64,000 bases of DNA, from NCBI GenBank assembly GCA_964057225.1, contig OZ059894.1, positions 13,206,001-13,270,000 of the forward strand. The letters run 5' to 3'. Shown here one piece after another: positions 31,101 through 47,300 of this stretch. Each line of letters opens with the position of its first letter. The first letter of the stretch is position 1. The translations under genes and the position numbers were made by a program. A model generated the notes under the pieces. The model searched no databases. It was not told where the DNA came from and was given only the letters and a program-made list of their open reading frames with translations. This DNA comes from Auanema rhodensis (Eukaryota > Animalia > Nematoda).

Positions 31101-34100
31101 CCAATTCATTTTACTCCATTTTCTTCATTTAATCACGTATTTTGAAACAATCTCATATTTTTACAATAGTTTTGAAACAATTCATTCGTTCATTGAGATT
31201 TGAAACATTAAAAACGATCTTAATTTGAATTTTCTGATACTAAAAAAATAAAACATGGAAATATTTTATAATTTTCCAATTCATTTTACTCCATTTTCTT
31301 CATTTAATCACGTATTTTGAAACAATCTCAAATTTTTACAATAGTTTTGAAACAATTCATTCGTTCATTAAGATTTTAAACAGTGAAAAAAAAAGTTTGA
31401 ATATTTTGATACTAAAAAAATAAAACATGAAAATATTTTAAAATTTTCCAATTCATTTTACTCTATTTTCTTCATTTAATCACGTATTTTGAAACAATCT
31501 CAAATTTTTACAATAGTTTTGAAACAATTCATTCGTTCATTAAGATTTTAAACAGTGAAAAAAAAAAGTTTGAATATTTTGATACTCAAGAAATAAAACA
31601 TGAAAATATTTTATAATATTCCAATTCATTTTACTCTATTTTCTTCATTTAATCATGTTTCTTGGAACAATTTAAAATTTTTACAATAATTTCGAAACTA
31701 ATCATCCAGTTAATAATGTTTTTAACAGTAAAGAAGTTATAATTTTAAATATTTTGGTACTCAAAAAATAAAACATGAAAATATTTTATATTTTATATTT
31801 TTCCAATTCATTTTACTCTATTTTCTTCATTTAATTACGTATTTTGAAACAATCTCATATTTTTACAATAGCTTTGAAACAATTCATTCGTTCATTAAGA
31901 TTTGAAACATTAAAAACGATCTTAATTTGAATTTTCTGATACTAAGAAAATAAAACATGGAAATATTTTATAATTTTCCAATTCATTTTACTCCATTTTC
32001 TTCATTTAATCACGTATTTTGAAACAATCTCAAATTTTTACAATAGTTTTGAAACAATTCATTCGTTCATTAAGATTTTAAACAGTGAAAAAAAAAAGTT
32101 TGAATATTTTGAAACTCAAGAAATAAAACAGGAAAATATTTTATAATTTTCCTATTCATTTTACTCCATTTTCTTCATTTAATCACGTATTTTGAAACAA
32201 TCTCATATTTTTACAATAGTTTTGAAACAATTCATTCGTTCATTAAGATTTTAAACAGTGAAAAAAAAAAGTTTGAATATTTTGAAACTCAAGAAATAAA
32301 ACATGAAAATATTTTATAATTTTCCAATTCATTTTACTCCATTTTCTTCATTTAATCACGTATTTTGAAACAATCTCATATTTTTACAATAGTTTTGAAA
32401 CAATTCATTCGTTCATTGAGATTTGAAACATTAAAAACGATCTTAATTTGAATTTTCTGATACTAAAAAAATAAAACATGGAAATATTTTATAATTTTCC
32501 AATTCATTTTACTCCATTTTCTTCATTTAATCACGTATTTTGAAACAATCTCAAATTTTTACAATAGTTTTGAAACAATTCATTTGTTCATTAAGATTTT
32601 AAACAGTGAAAAAAAAAGTTTGAATATTTTGATACTAAAAAAATAAAACATGAAAATATTTTAAAATTTTCCAATTCATTTTACTCTATTTTCTTCATTT
32701 AATCACGTATTTTGAAACAATCTCAAATTTTTACAATAGTTTTGAAACAATTCATTCGTTCATTAAGATTTTAAACAGTGAAAAAAAAAAGTTTGAATAT
32801 TTTGATACTCAAGAAATAAAACATGAAAATATTTTATAATATTCCAATTCATTTTACTCTATTTTCTTCATTTAATCATGTTTCTTGGAACAATTTAAAA
32901 TTTTTACAATAATTTCGAAACTAATCATCCAGTTAATAATGTTTTTAACAGTAAAGAAGTTATAATTTTAAATATTTTGGTACTCAAAAAATAAAACATG
33001 AAAATATTTTATATTTTATATTTTTCCAATTCATTTTACTCTATTTTCTTCATTTAATTACGTATTTTGAAACAATCTCATATTTTTACAATAGCTTTGA
33101 AACAATTCATTCGTTCATTAAGATTTGAAACATTAAAAACGATCTTAATTTGAATTTTCTGATACTAAGAAAATAAAACATGGAAATATTTTATAATTTT
33201 CCAATTCATTTTACTCCATTTTCTTCATTTAATCACGTATTTTGAAACAATCTCAAATTTTTACAATAGTTTTGAAACAATTCATTCGTTCATTAAGATT
33301 TTAAACAGTGAAAAAAAAAAGTTTGAATATTTTGAAACTCAAGAAATAAAACAGGAAAATATTTTATAATTTTCCAATTCATTTTACTCCATTTTCTTCA
33401 TTTAATCACGTATTTTGAAACAATCTCATATTTTTACAATAGTTTTGAAACAATTCATTCGTTCATTAAGATTTGAAACATTAAAAACGATTTTAATTTG
33501 AATTTTCTGATACTAAGAAAATAAAACATGGAAATATTTTATAATTTTCCAATTCATTTTATTCCATTTTCTTCATTTAATCACGTATTTTGAAACAATC
33601 TCAAATTTTTACAAAAGTTTTGAAACAATTCATTCGTTCTGTAAGATTTTAAACAGTGAAAAAAAAAAGTTTAAATATTTTGATACTCAAGAAATAAAAC
33701 ATGAAAATATTTTATAATTTTCCAATTCATTTTACTCCATTTTCTTCATTTAATCACGTATTTTGAAACAATCTCATATTTTTACAATAGTTTTGAAACA
33801 ATTCATTCGTTCATTGAGATTTGAAACATTAAAAACGATCTTAATTTGAATTTTCTGATACTAAAAAAATGAAACATGGAAATATTTTATAATTTTCCAA
33901 TTCATTTTACTCCATTTTCTTCATTTAATCACGTATTTTGAAACAATCTCAAATTTTTACAATAGTTTTGAAACAATTCATTCGTTCAATAAGATTTTAA
34001 ACAGTGAAAAAAAAAAGTTTGAATATTTTGAAACTCAAGAAATAAAACATGAAAATATTTTATAATTTTCCAATTCATTTTACTCCATTTTCTTCATTTA

Positions 34101-34900
34101 ATCACGTATTTTGAAACAATCTCATATTTTTACAATAGTTTTGAAACAATTCATTCGTTCATTGAGATTTGAAACATTAAAAACGATCTTAATTTGAATT
34201 TTCTGATACTAAAAAAATAAAACATGGAAATATTTTATAATTTTCCAATTCATTTTACTCCATTTTCTTCATTTAATCACGTATTTTGAAACAATCTCAA
34301 ATTTTTACAATAGTTTTGAAACAATTCATTCGTTCATTAAGATTTTAAACAGTGAAAAAAAAAGTTTGAATATTTTGATACTAAAAAAATAAAACATGAA
34401 AATATTTTAAAATTTTCCAATTCATTTTACTCTATTTTCTTCATTTAATCACGTATTTTGAAACAATCTCAAATTTTTACAATAGTTTTGAAACAATTCA
34501 TTTGTTCATTAAGATTTTAAACAGTGAAAAAAAAAAGTTTGAATATTTTGATACTCAAGAAATAAAACATGAAAATATTTTATAATATTCCAATTCATTT
34601 TACTCTATTTTCTTCATTTAATCATGTTTCTTGGAACAATTTAAAATTTTTACAATAATTTCGAAACTAATCATCCAGTTAATAATGTTTTTAACAGTAA
34701 AGAAGTTATAATTTTAAATATTTTGGTACTCAAAAAATAAAACATGAAAATATTTTATATTTTATATTTTTCCAATTCATTTTACTCTATTTTCTTCATT
34801 TAATTACGTATTTTGAAACAATCTCATATTTTTACAATAGCTTTGAAACAATTCATTCGTTCATTAAGATTTGAAACATTAAAAACGATCTTAATTTGAA
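28160..34900. repeat. Higher-order repeat domain, 10-mer of 1746 bp (one 7-mer variant)
   Basis: Marker GGTACTC at 28264, 30010, 31756, 32979 and 34725 (spacings 1746, 1746, 1223, 1746). Co-varying markers are ATAGCTTTG, TTCAATAAG and AACGATTTT. Monomer lengths sum to 1746. Confidence 0.9.
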
Positions 34901-37900
34901 TTTTCTGATACTAAGAAAATAAAACATGGAAATATTTTATAATTTTCCAATTCATTTTACTCCATTTTCTTCATTTAATCACGTATTTTGAAACAATCTC
35001 AAGTTTTTACAATAGTTTTGAAACAATTCATTCGTTCATTAAGATTTTAAACAGTGAAAAAAAAAAAGTTTGAATATTTTGAAACTCAAGAAATAAAACA
35101 GGAAAATATTTTATAATTTTCCAATTCATTTTACTCCATTTTCTTCATTTAATCACGTATTTTGAAACAATCTCATATTTTTACAATAGTTTTGAAACAA
35201 TTCATTCGTTCATTAAGATTTTAAACAGTGAAAAAAAAAAGTTTGAATATTTTGAAACTCAAGAAATAAAACATGAAAATATTTTATAATTTTCCAATTC
35301 ATTTTACTCCATTTTCTTCATTTAATCACGTATTTTGAAACAATCTCATATTTTTACAATAGTTTTGAAACAATTCATTCGTTCATTGAGATTTGAAACA
35401 TTAAAAACTATCTTAATTTGAATTTTCTGATACTAAAAAAATAAAACATGGAAATATTTTATAATTTTCCAATTCATTTTACTCCATTTTCTTCATTTAA
35501 TCACGTATTTTGAAACAATCTCAAATTTTTACAATAGTTTTGAAACAATTCATTTGTTCATTAAGATTTTAAACAGTGAAAAAAAAAGTTTGAATATTTT
35601 GATACTAAAAAAATAAAACATGAAAATATTTTAAAATTTTCCAATTCATTTTACTCTATTTTCTTCATTTAATCATGTTTCTTGGAACAATTTAAAATTT
35701 TTACAATAGTTTTGAAACAATTCATTCGTTCATTAAGATTTGAAACATTAAAAACGATTTTAATTTGAATTTTCTGATACTAAGAAAATAAAACATGGAA
35801 ATATTTTATAATTTTCCAATTCATTTTATTCCATTTTCTTCATTTAATCACGTATTTTGAAACAATCTCAAATTTTTACAAAAGTTTTGAAACAATTCAT
35901 TCGTTCTGTAAGATTTTAAACAGTGAAAAAAAAAAGTTTGAATATTTTGAAACTCAAGAAATAAAACAGGAAAATATTTTATAATTTTCCAATTCATTTT
36001 ACTCCATTTTCTTCATTTAATCACGTATTTTGAAACAATCTCATATTTTTACAATAGTTTTGAAACAATTCATTCGTTCATTAAGATTTGAAACATTAAA
36101 AACGATTTTAATTTGAATTTTCTGATACTAAGAAAATAAAACATGGAAATATTTTATAATTTTCCAATTCATTTTATTCCATTTTCTTCATTTAATCACG
36201 TATTTTGAAACAATCTCAAATTTTTACAAAAGTTTTGAAACAATTCATTCGTTCTGTAAGATTTTAAACAGTGAAAAAAAAAAGTTTAAATATTTTGATA
36301 CTCAAGAAATAAAACATGAAAATATTTTATAATTTTCCAATTCATTTTACTCCATTTTCTTCATTTAATCACGTATTTTGAAACAATCTCATATTTTTAC
36401 AATAGTTTTGAAACAATTCATTCGTTCATTGAGATTTGAAACATTAAAAACGATCTTAATTTGAATTTTCTGATACTAAAAAAATGAAACATGGAAATAT
36501 TTTATAATTTTCCAATTCATTTTACTCCATTTTCTTCATTTAATCACGTATTTTGAAACAATCTCAAATTTTTACAATAGTTTTGAAACAATTCATTCGT
36601 TCAATAAGATTTTAAACAGTGAAAAAAAAAAGTTTGAATATTTTGAAACTCAAGAAATAAAACATGAAAATATTTTATAATTTTCCAATTCATTTTACTC
36701 CATTTTCTTCATTTAATCACGTATTTTGAAACAATCTCATATTTTTACAATAGTTTTGAAACAATTCATTCGTTCATTGAGATTTGAAACATTAAAAACG
36801 ATCTTAATTTGAATTTTCTGATACTAAAAAAATAAAACATGGAAATATTTTATAATTTTCCAATTCATTTTACTCCATTTTCTTCATTTAATCACGTATT
36901 TTGAAACAATCTCAAATTTTTACAATAGTTTTGAAACAATTCATTCGTTCATTAAGATTTTAAACAGTGAAAAAAAAAGTTTGAATATTTTGATACTAAA
37001 AAAATAAAACATGAAAATATTTTAAAATTTTCCAATTCATTTTACTCTATTTTCTTCATTTAATCACGTATTTTGAAACAATCTCAAATTTTTACAATAG
37101 TTTTGAAACAATTCATTCGTTCATTAAGATTTTAAACAGTGAAAAAAAAAAGTTTGAATATTTTGATACTCAAGAAATAAAACATGAAAATATTTTATAA
37201 TATTCCAATTCATTTTACTCTATTTTCTTCATTTAATCATGTTTCTTGGAACAATTTAAAATTTTTACAATAATTTCGAAACTAATCATCCAGTTAATAA
37301 TGTTTTTAACAGTAAAGAAGTTATAATTTTAAATATTTTGGTACTCAAAAAATAAAACATGAAAATATTTTATATTTTATATTTTTCCAATTCATTTTAC
37401 TCTATTTTCTTCATTTAATTACGTATTTTGAAACAATCTCATCTTTTTACAATAGCTTTGAAACAATTCATTCGTTCATTAAGATTTGAAACATTAAAAA
37501 CGATCTTAATTTGAATTTTCTGATACTAAGAAAATAAAACATGGAAATATTTTATAATTTTCCAATTCATTTTACTCCATTTTCTTCATTTAATCACGTA
37601 TTTTGAAACAATCTCAAATTTTTACAATAGTTTTGAAACAATTCATTCGTTCATTAAGATTTTAAACAGTGAAAAAAAAAAGTTTGAATATTTTGAAACT
37701 CAAGAAATAAAACAGGAAAATATTTTATAATTTTCCAATTCATTTTACTCCATTTTCTTCATTTAATCACGTATTTTGAAACAATCTCATATTTTTACAA
37801 TAGTTTTGAAACAATTCATTCGTTCATTAAGATTTGAAACATTAAAAACGATTTTAATTTGAATTTTCTGATACTAAAAAAATGAAACATGGAAATATTT

Positions 37901-38399
37901 TATAATTTTCCAATTCATTTTACTCCATTTTCTTCATTTAATCACGTATTTTGAAACAATCTCAAATTTTTACAAAAGTTTTGAAACAATTCATTCGTTC
38001 TGTAAGATTTTAAACAGTGAAAAAAAAAAGTTTAAATATTTTGATACTCAAGAAATAAAACATGAAAATATTTTATAATTTTCCAATTCATTTTACTCCA
38101 TTTTCTTCATTTAATCACGTATTTTGAAACAATCTCATATTTTTACAATAGTTTTGAAACAATTCATTCGTTCATTGAGATTTGAAACATTAAAAACGAT
38201 CTTAATTTGAATTTTCTGATACTAAAAAAATAAAACATGGAAATATTTTATAATTTTCCAATTCATTTTACTCCATTTTCTTCATTTAATCACGTATTTT
38301 GAAACAATCTCAAATTTTTACAATAGTTTTGAAACAATTCATTCGTTCATTAAGATTTTAAACATTAAAAACGATCTTAATTTGAATTTTCTGATACTA

Positions 38400-41300
38400 A
38401 GAAAATAAAACATGGAAATATTTTATAATATTCCAATTCATGTTACTCTATTTTCTTCATTTAATCATGTTTCTTGGAACAATTTAAAATTTTTACAATA
38501 ATTTCGAAACTAATCATCCAGTTAATAATGTTTTTAACAGTAAAGAAGTTATAATTTTAAATATTTTGGTACTCAAAAAATAAAACATGAAAATATTTTA
38601 TATTTTATATTTTTCCAATTCATTTTACTCTATTTTCTTCATTTAATTACGTATTTTGAAACAATCTCATATTTTTACAATAGTTTTGAAACAATTCATT
38701 CGTTCATTAAGATTTGAAACATTAAAAACGATCTTAATTTGAATTTTCTGATACTAAGAAAATAAAACATGGAAATATTTTATAATTTTCCAATTCATTT
38801 TACTCCATTTTCTTCATTTAATCACGTATTTTGAAACAATCTCAAATTTTTACAATAGTTTTGAAACAATTCATTCGTTCATTAAGATTTTAAACAGTGA
38901 AAAAAAAAAGTTTGAATATTTTGAAACTCAAGAAATAAAACAGGAAAATATTTTATAATTTTCCAATTCATTTTACTCCATTTTCTTCATTTAATCACGT
39001 ATTTTGAAACAATCTCATATTTTTACAATAATTTCGAAACAAATCATCCAGTTAATAATGTTTTTAACAGTAAAAAAGATATAATTTTGAATATTTTGAT
39101 ACTCAAGAAATAAAACATGAAAATATTTTATAATTTTCCAATTCATTTTACTCCATTTTCTTCATTTAATCACGTATTTTGAAACAATCTCATATTTTTA
39201 CAATAGTTTTGAAACAATTCATTCGTTCATTAAGATTTGAAACATTAAAAACGATCTTAATTTGAATTTTCTGATACTAAGAAAATAAAACATGGAAATA
39301 TTTTATAATTTTCCAATTCATTTTATTCCATTTTCTTCATTTAATCACGTATTTTGAAACAATCTCAAATTTTTACAAAAGTTTTGAAACAATTCATTCG
39401 TTCTGTAAGATTTTAAACAGTGAAAAAAAAAAGTTTAAATATTTTGATACTCAAGAAATAAAACAGGAAAATATTTTATAATTTTCCAATTCATTTTACT
39501 CCATTTTCTTCATTTAATCACGCATTTTGAAACAATCTCATATTTTTACAATAGTTTTGAAACAATTCATTCGTTCATTGAGATTTGAAACATTAAAAAC
39601 GATCTTAATTTGAATTCTCTGATACTAAAAAAATGAAACATGAAAATATTTTATAATATTCCAATTCATTTTACTCTATTTTCTTCATTTAATCACGTAT
39701 TTTGAAACAATCTCGTATTTTTACAATAGTTTTGAAACAATTCATTCGTTCATTAAGATTTGAAACATTAAAAACGATCTTAATTTGAATTTTCTGATAC
39801 TAAGAAAATAAAACATGGAAATATTTTATAATTTTCCAATTCATTTTACTCCATTTTCTTCATTTAATCACGTATTTTGAAACAATCTCAAATTTTTACA
39901 ATAGTTTTGAAACAATTCATTCGTTCATTAAGATTTGAAACATTAAAAACGATCTTAATTTGAATTTTCTGATACTAAGAAAATAAAACATGGAAATATT
40001 TTATAATATTCCAATTCATTTTACTCTATTTTCTTCATTTAATCATGTTTCTTGGAACAATTTAAAATTTTTACAATAATTTCGAAACTAATCATCCAGT
40101 TAATAATGTTTTTAACAGTGAAGAAGTTATAATTTTAAATATTTTGGTACTCAAAAAATAAAACATGAAAATATTTTATATTTTATATTTTTCCAATTCA
40201 TTTTACTCTATTTTCTTCATTTAATTACGTATTTTGAAACAATCTCATATTTTTACAATAGTTTTGAAACAATTCATTCGTTCATTAAGATTTGAAACAT
40301 TAAAAACGATCTTAATTTGAATTTTCTGATACTAAAAAAATGAAACATGGAAATATTTTATAATTTTCCAATTCATTTTACTCCATTTTATTCATTTAAT
40401 CACGTATTTTGAAACAATCTCAAATTTTTACAATAGTTTTGAAACAATTCATTCGTTCATTAAGATTTTAAACAGTGAAAATAAAAAGTTTGAATATTTT
40501 GAAACTCAAGAAATAAAACATGAAAATATTTTATAATATTCCAATTCATTTTACTCTATTTTCTTCATTTAATCACGTATTTTGAAACAATCTCGTATTT
40601 TTACAATAGTTTTGAAACAATTCATTCGTTCATTAAGATTTGAAACATTAAAAACGATCTTAATTTGAATTTTCTGATACTAAGAAAATAAAACATGGAA
40701 ATATTTTATAATTTTCCAATTCATTTTACTCCATTTTCTTCATTTAATCACGTATTTTGAAACAATCTCAAATTTTTACAATAGTTTTGAAACAATTCAT
40801 TCGTTCATTAAGATTTGAAACATTAAAAACGATCTTAATTTGAATTTTCTGATACTAAGAAAATAAAACATGGAAATATTTTATAATATTCCAATTCATG
40901 TTACTCTATTTTCTTCATTTAATCATGTTTCTTGGAACAATTTAAAATTTTTACAATAATTTCGAAACTAATCATCCAGTTAATAATGTTTTTAACAGTA
41001 AAGAAGTTATAATTTTAAATATTTTGGTACTCAAAAAATAAAACATGAAAATATTTTATATTTTATATTTTTCCAATTCATTTTACTCTATTTTCTTCAT
41101 TTAATTACGTATTTTGAAACAATCTCATATTTTTACAATAGTTTTGAAACAATTCATTCGTTCATTAAGATTTGAAACATTAAAAACGATCTTAATTTGA
41201 ATTTTCTGATACTAAGAAAATAAAACATGGAAATATTTTATAATTTTCCAATTCATTTTACTCCATTTTCTTCATTTAATCACGTATTTTGAAACAATCT

Positions 41301-44300
41301 CAAATTTTTACAATAGTTTTGAAACAATTCATTCGTTCATTAAGATTTTAAACAGTGAAAAAAAAAAGTTTGAATATTTTGAAACTCAAGAAATAAAACA
41401 GGAAAATATTTTATAATTTTCCAATTCATTTTACTCCATTTTCTTCATTTAATCACGTATTTTGAAACAATCTCATATTTTTACAATAATTTCGAAACAA
41501 ATCATCCAGTTAATAATGTTTTTAACAGTAAAAAAGATATAATTTTGAATATTTTGATACTCAAGAAATAAAACATGAAAATATTTTATAATTTTCCAAT
41601 TCATTTTACTCCATTTTCTTCATTTAATCACGTATTTTGAAACAATCTCATATTTTTACAATAGTTTTGAAACAATTCATTCGTTCATTAAGATTTGAAA
41701 CATTAAAAACGATCTTAATTTGAATTTTCTGATACTAAGAAAATAAAACATGGAAATATTTTATAATTTTCCAATTCATTTTATTCCATTTTCTTCATTT
41801 AATCACGTATTTTGAAACAATCTCAAATTTTTACAAAAGTTTTGAAACAATTCATTCGTTCTGTAAGATTTTAAACAGTGAAAAAAAAAAGTTTAAATAT
41901 TTTGATACTCAAGAAATAAAACAGGAAAATATTTTATAATTTTCCAATTCATTTTACTCCATTTTCTTCATTTAATCACGCATTTTGAAACAATCTCATA
42001 TTTTTACAATAGTTTTGAAACAATTCATTCGTTCATTGAGATTTGAAACATTAAAAACGATCTTAATTTGAATTCTCTGATACTAAAAAAATGAAACATG
42101 AAAATATTTTATAATATTCCAATTCATTTTACTCTATTTTCTTCATTTAATCACGTATTTTGAAACAATCTCGTATTTTTACAATAGTTTTGAAACAATT
42201 CATTCGTTCATTAAGATTTGAAACATTAAAAACGATCTTAATTTGAATTTTCTGATACTAAGAAAATAAAACATGGAAATATTTTATAATTTTCCAATTC
42301 ATTTTACTCCATTTTCTTCATTTAATCACGTATTTTGAAACAATCTCAAATTTTTACAATAGTTTTGAAACAATTCATTCGTTCATTAAGATTTGAAACA
42401 TTAAAAACGATCTTAATTTGAATTTTCTGATACTAAGAAAATAAAACATGGAAATATTTTATAATATTCCAATTCATTTTACTCTATTTTCTTCATTTAA
42501 TCATGTTTCTTGGAACAATTTAAAATTTTTACAATAATTTCGAAACTAATCATCCAGTTAATAATGTTTTTAACAGTGAAGAAGTTATAATTTTAAATAT
42601 TTTGGTACTCAAAAAATAAAACATGAAAATATTTTATATTTTATATTTTTCCAATTCATTTTACTCTATTTTCTTCATTTAATTACGTATTTTGAAACAA
42701 TCTCATATTTTTACAATAGTTTTGAAACAATTCATTCGTTCATTAAGATTTGAAACATTAAAAACGATCTTAATTTGAATTTTCTGATACTAAAAAAATG
42801 AAACATGGAAATATTTTATAATTTTCCAATTCATTTTACTCCATTTTATTCATTTAATCACGTATTTTGAAACAATCTCAAATTTTTACAATAGTTTTGA
42901 AACAATTCATTCGTTCATTAAGATTTTAAACAGTGAAAATAAAAAGTTTGAATATTTTGAAACTCAAGAAATAAAACATGAAAATATTTTATAATATTCC
43001 AATTCATTTTACTCTATTTTCTTCATTTAATCACGTATTTTGAAACAATCTCGTATTTTTACAATAGTTTTGAAACAATTCATTCGTTCATTAAGATTTG
43101 AAACATTAAAAACGATCTTAATTTGAATTTTCTGATACTAAGAAAATAAAACATGGAAATATTTTATAATTTTCCAATTCATTTTACTCCATTTTCTTCA
43201 TTTAATCACGTATTTTGAAACAATCTCAAATTTTTACAATAGTTTTGAAACAATTCATTCGTTCATTAAGATTTGAAACATTAAAAACGATCTTAATTTG
43301 AATTTTCTGATACTAAGAAAATAAAACATGGAAATATTTTATAATATTCCAATTCATGTTACTCTATTTTCTTCATTTAATCATGTTTCTTGGAACAATT
43401 TAAAATTTTTACAATAATTTCGAAACTAATCATCCAGTTAATAATGTTTTTAACAGTAAAGAAGTTATAATTTTAAATATTTTGGTACTCAAAAAATAAA
43501 ACATGAAAATATTTTATATTTTATATTTTTCCAATTCATTTTACTCTATTTTCTTCATTTAATTACGTATTTTGAAACAATCTCATATTTTTACAATAGT
43601 TTTGAAACAATTCATTCGTTCATTAAGATTTGAAACATTAAAAACGATCTTAATTTGAATTTTCTGATACTAAGAAAATAAAACATGGAAATATTTTATA
43701 ATTTTCCAATTCATTTTACTCCATTTTCTTCATTTAATCACGTATTTTGAAACAATCTCAAATTTTTACAATAGTTTTGAAACAATTCATTCGTTCATTA
43801 AGATTTTAAACAGTGAAAAAAAAAAGTTTGAATATTTTGAAACTCAAGAAATAAAACAGGAAAATATTTTATAATTTTCCAATTCATTTTACTCCATTTT
43901 CTTCATTTAATCACGTATTTTGAAACAATCTCATATTTTTACAATAATTTCGAAACAAATCATCCAGTTAATAATGTTTTTAACAGTAAAAAAGATATAA
44001 TTTTGAATATTTTGATACTCAAGAAATAAAACATGAAAATATTTTATAATTTTCCAATTCATTTTACTCCATTTTCTTCATTTAATCACGTATTTTGAAA
44101 CAATCTCATATTTTTACAATAGTTTTGAAACAATTCATTCGTTCATTAAGATTTGAAACATTAAAAACGATCTTAATTTGAATTTTCTGATACTAAGAAA
44201 ATAAAACATGGAAATATTTTATAATTTTCCAATTCATTTTACTCCATTTTCTTCATTTAATCACGCATTTTGAAACAATCTCATATTTTTACAATAGTTT

Positions 44301-47300
44301 TGAAACAATTCATTCGTTCATTGAGATTTGAAACATTAAAAACGATCTTAATTTGAATTCTCTGATACTAAAAAAATGAAACATGAAAATATTTTATAAT
44401 ATTCCAATTCATTTTACTCTATTTTCTTCATTTAATCACGTATTTTGAAACAATCTCGTATTTTTACAATAGTTTTGAAACAATTCATTCGTTCATTAAG
44501 ATTTGAAACATTAAAAACGATCTTAATTTGAATTTTCTGATACTAAGAAAATAAAACATGGAAATATTTTATAATTTTCCAATTCATTTTACTCCATTTT
44601 CTTCATTTAATCACGTATTTTGAAACAATCTCAAATTTTTACAATAGTTTTGAAACAATTCATTCGTTCATTAAGATTTGAAACATTAAAAACGATCTTA
44701 ATTTGAATTTTCTGATACTAAGAAAATAAAACATGGAAATATTTTATAATATTCCAATTCATTTTACTCTATTTTCTTCATTTAATCATGTTTCTTGGAA
44801 CAATTTAAAATTTTTACAATAATTTCGAAACTAATCATCCAGTTAATAATGTTTTTAACAGTGAAGAAGTTATAATTTTAAATATTTTGGTACTCAAAAA
44901 ATAAAACATGAAAATATTTTATATTTTATATTTTTCCAATTCATTTTACTCTATTTTCTTCATTTAATTACGTATTTTGAAACAATCTCATATTTTTACA
45001 ATAGTTTTGAAACAATTCATTCGTTCATTAAGATTTGAAACATTAAAAACGATCTTAATTTGAATTTTCTGATACTAAAAAAATGAAACATGGAAATATT
45101 TTATAATTTTCCAATTCATTTTACTCCATTTTATTCATTTAATCACGTATTTTGAAACAATCTCAAATTTTTACAATAGTTTTGAAACAATTCATTCGTT
45201 CATTAAGATTTTAAACAGTGAAAATAAAAAGTTTGAATATTTTGAAACTCAAGAAATAAAACATGAAAATATTTTATAATATTCCAATTCATTTTACTCT
45301 ATTTTCTTCATTTAATCACGTATTTTGAAACAATCTCGTATTTTTACAATAGTTTTGAAACAATTCATTCGTTCATTAAGATTTGAAACATTAAAAACGA
45401 TCTTAATTTGAATTTTCTGATACTAAGAAAATAAAACATGGAAATATTTTATAATTTTCCAATTCATTTTACTCCATTTTCTTCATTTAATCACGTATTT
45501 TGAAACAATCTCAAATTTTTACAATAGTTTTGAAACAATTCATTCGTTCATTAAGATTTGAAACATTAAAAACGATCTTAATTTGAATTTTCTGATACTA
45601 AGAAAATAAAACATGGAAATATTTTATAATATTCCAATTCATGTTACTCTATTTTCTTCATTTAATCATGTTTCTTGGAACAATTTAAAATTTTTACAAT
45701 AATTTCGAAACTAATCATCCAGTTAATAATGTTTTTAACAGTAAAGAAGTTATAATTTTAAATATTTTGGTACTCAAAAAATAAAACATGAAAATATTTT
45801 ATATTTTATATTTTTCCAATTCATTTTACTCTATTTTCTTCATTTAATTACGTATTTTGAAACAATCTCATATTTTTACAATAGTTTTGAAACAATTCAT
45901 TCGTTCATTAAGATTTGAAACATTAAAAACGATCTTAATTTGAATTTTCTGATACTAAGAAAATAAAACATGGAAATATTTTATAATTTTCCAATTCATT
46001 TTACTCCATTTTCTTCATTTAATCACGTATTTTGAAACAATCTCAAATTTTTACAATAGTTTTGAAACAATTCATTCGTTCATTAAGATTTTAAACAGTG
46101 AAAAAAAAAAGTTTGAATATTTTGAAACTCAAGAAATAAAACAGGAAAATATTTTATAATTTTCCAATTCATTTTACTCCATTTTCTTCATTTAATCACG
46201 TATTTTGAAACAATCTCATATTTTTACAATAATTTCGAAACAAATCATCCAGTTAATAATGTTTTTAACAGTAAAAAAGATATAATTTTGAATATTTTGA
46301 TACTCAAGAAATAAAACATGAAAATATTTTATAATTTTCCAATTCATTTTACTCCATTTTCTTCATTTAATCACGTATTTTGAAACAATCTCATATTTTT
46401 ACAATAGTTTTGAAACAATTCATTCGTTCATTAAGATTTGAAACATTAAAAACGATCTTAATTTGAATTTTCTGATACTAAGAAAATAAAACATGGAAAT
46501 ATTTTATAATTTTCCAATTCATTTTATTCCATTTTCTTCATTTAATCACGTATTTTGAAACAATCTCAAATTTTTACAAAAGTTTTGAAACAATTCATTC
46601 GTTCTGTAAGATTTTAAACAGTGAAAAAAAAAAGTTTAAATATTTTGATACTCAAGAAATAAAACAGGAAAATATTTTATAATTTTCCAATTCATTTTAC
46701 TCCATTTTCTTCATTTAATCACGCATTTTGAAACAATCTCATATTTTTACAATAGTTTTGAAACAATTCATTCGTTCATTGAGATTTGAAACATTAAAAA
46801 CGATCTTAATTTGAATTCTCTGATACTAAAAAAATGAAACATGAAAATATTTTATAATATTCCAATTCATTTTACTCTATTTTCTTCATTTAATCACGTA
46901 TTTTGAAACAATCTCGTATTTTTACAATAGTTTTGAAACAATTCATTCGTTCATTAAGATTTGAAACATTAAAAACGATCTTAATTTGAATTTTCTGATA
47001 CTAAGAAAATAAAACATGGAAATATTTTATAATTTTCCAATTCATTTTACTCCATTTTCTTCATTTAATCACGTATTTTGAAACAATCTCAAATTTTTAC
47101 AATAGTTTTGAAACAATTCATTCGTTCATTAAGATTTGAAACATTAAAAACGATCTTAATTTGAATTTTCTGATACTAAGAAAATAAAACATGGAAATAT
47201 TTTATAATATTCCAATTCATTTTACTCTATTTTCTTCATTTAATCATGTTTCTTGGAACAATTTAAAATTTTTACAATAATTTCGAAACTAATCATCCAG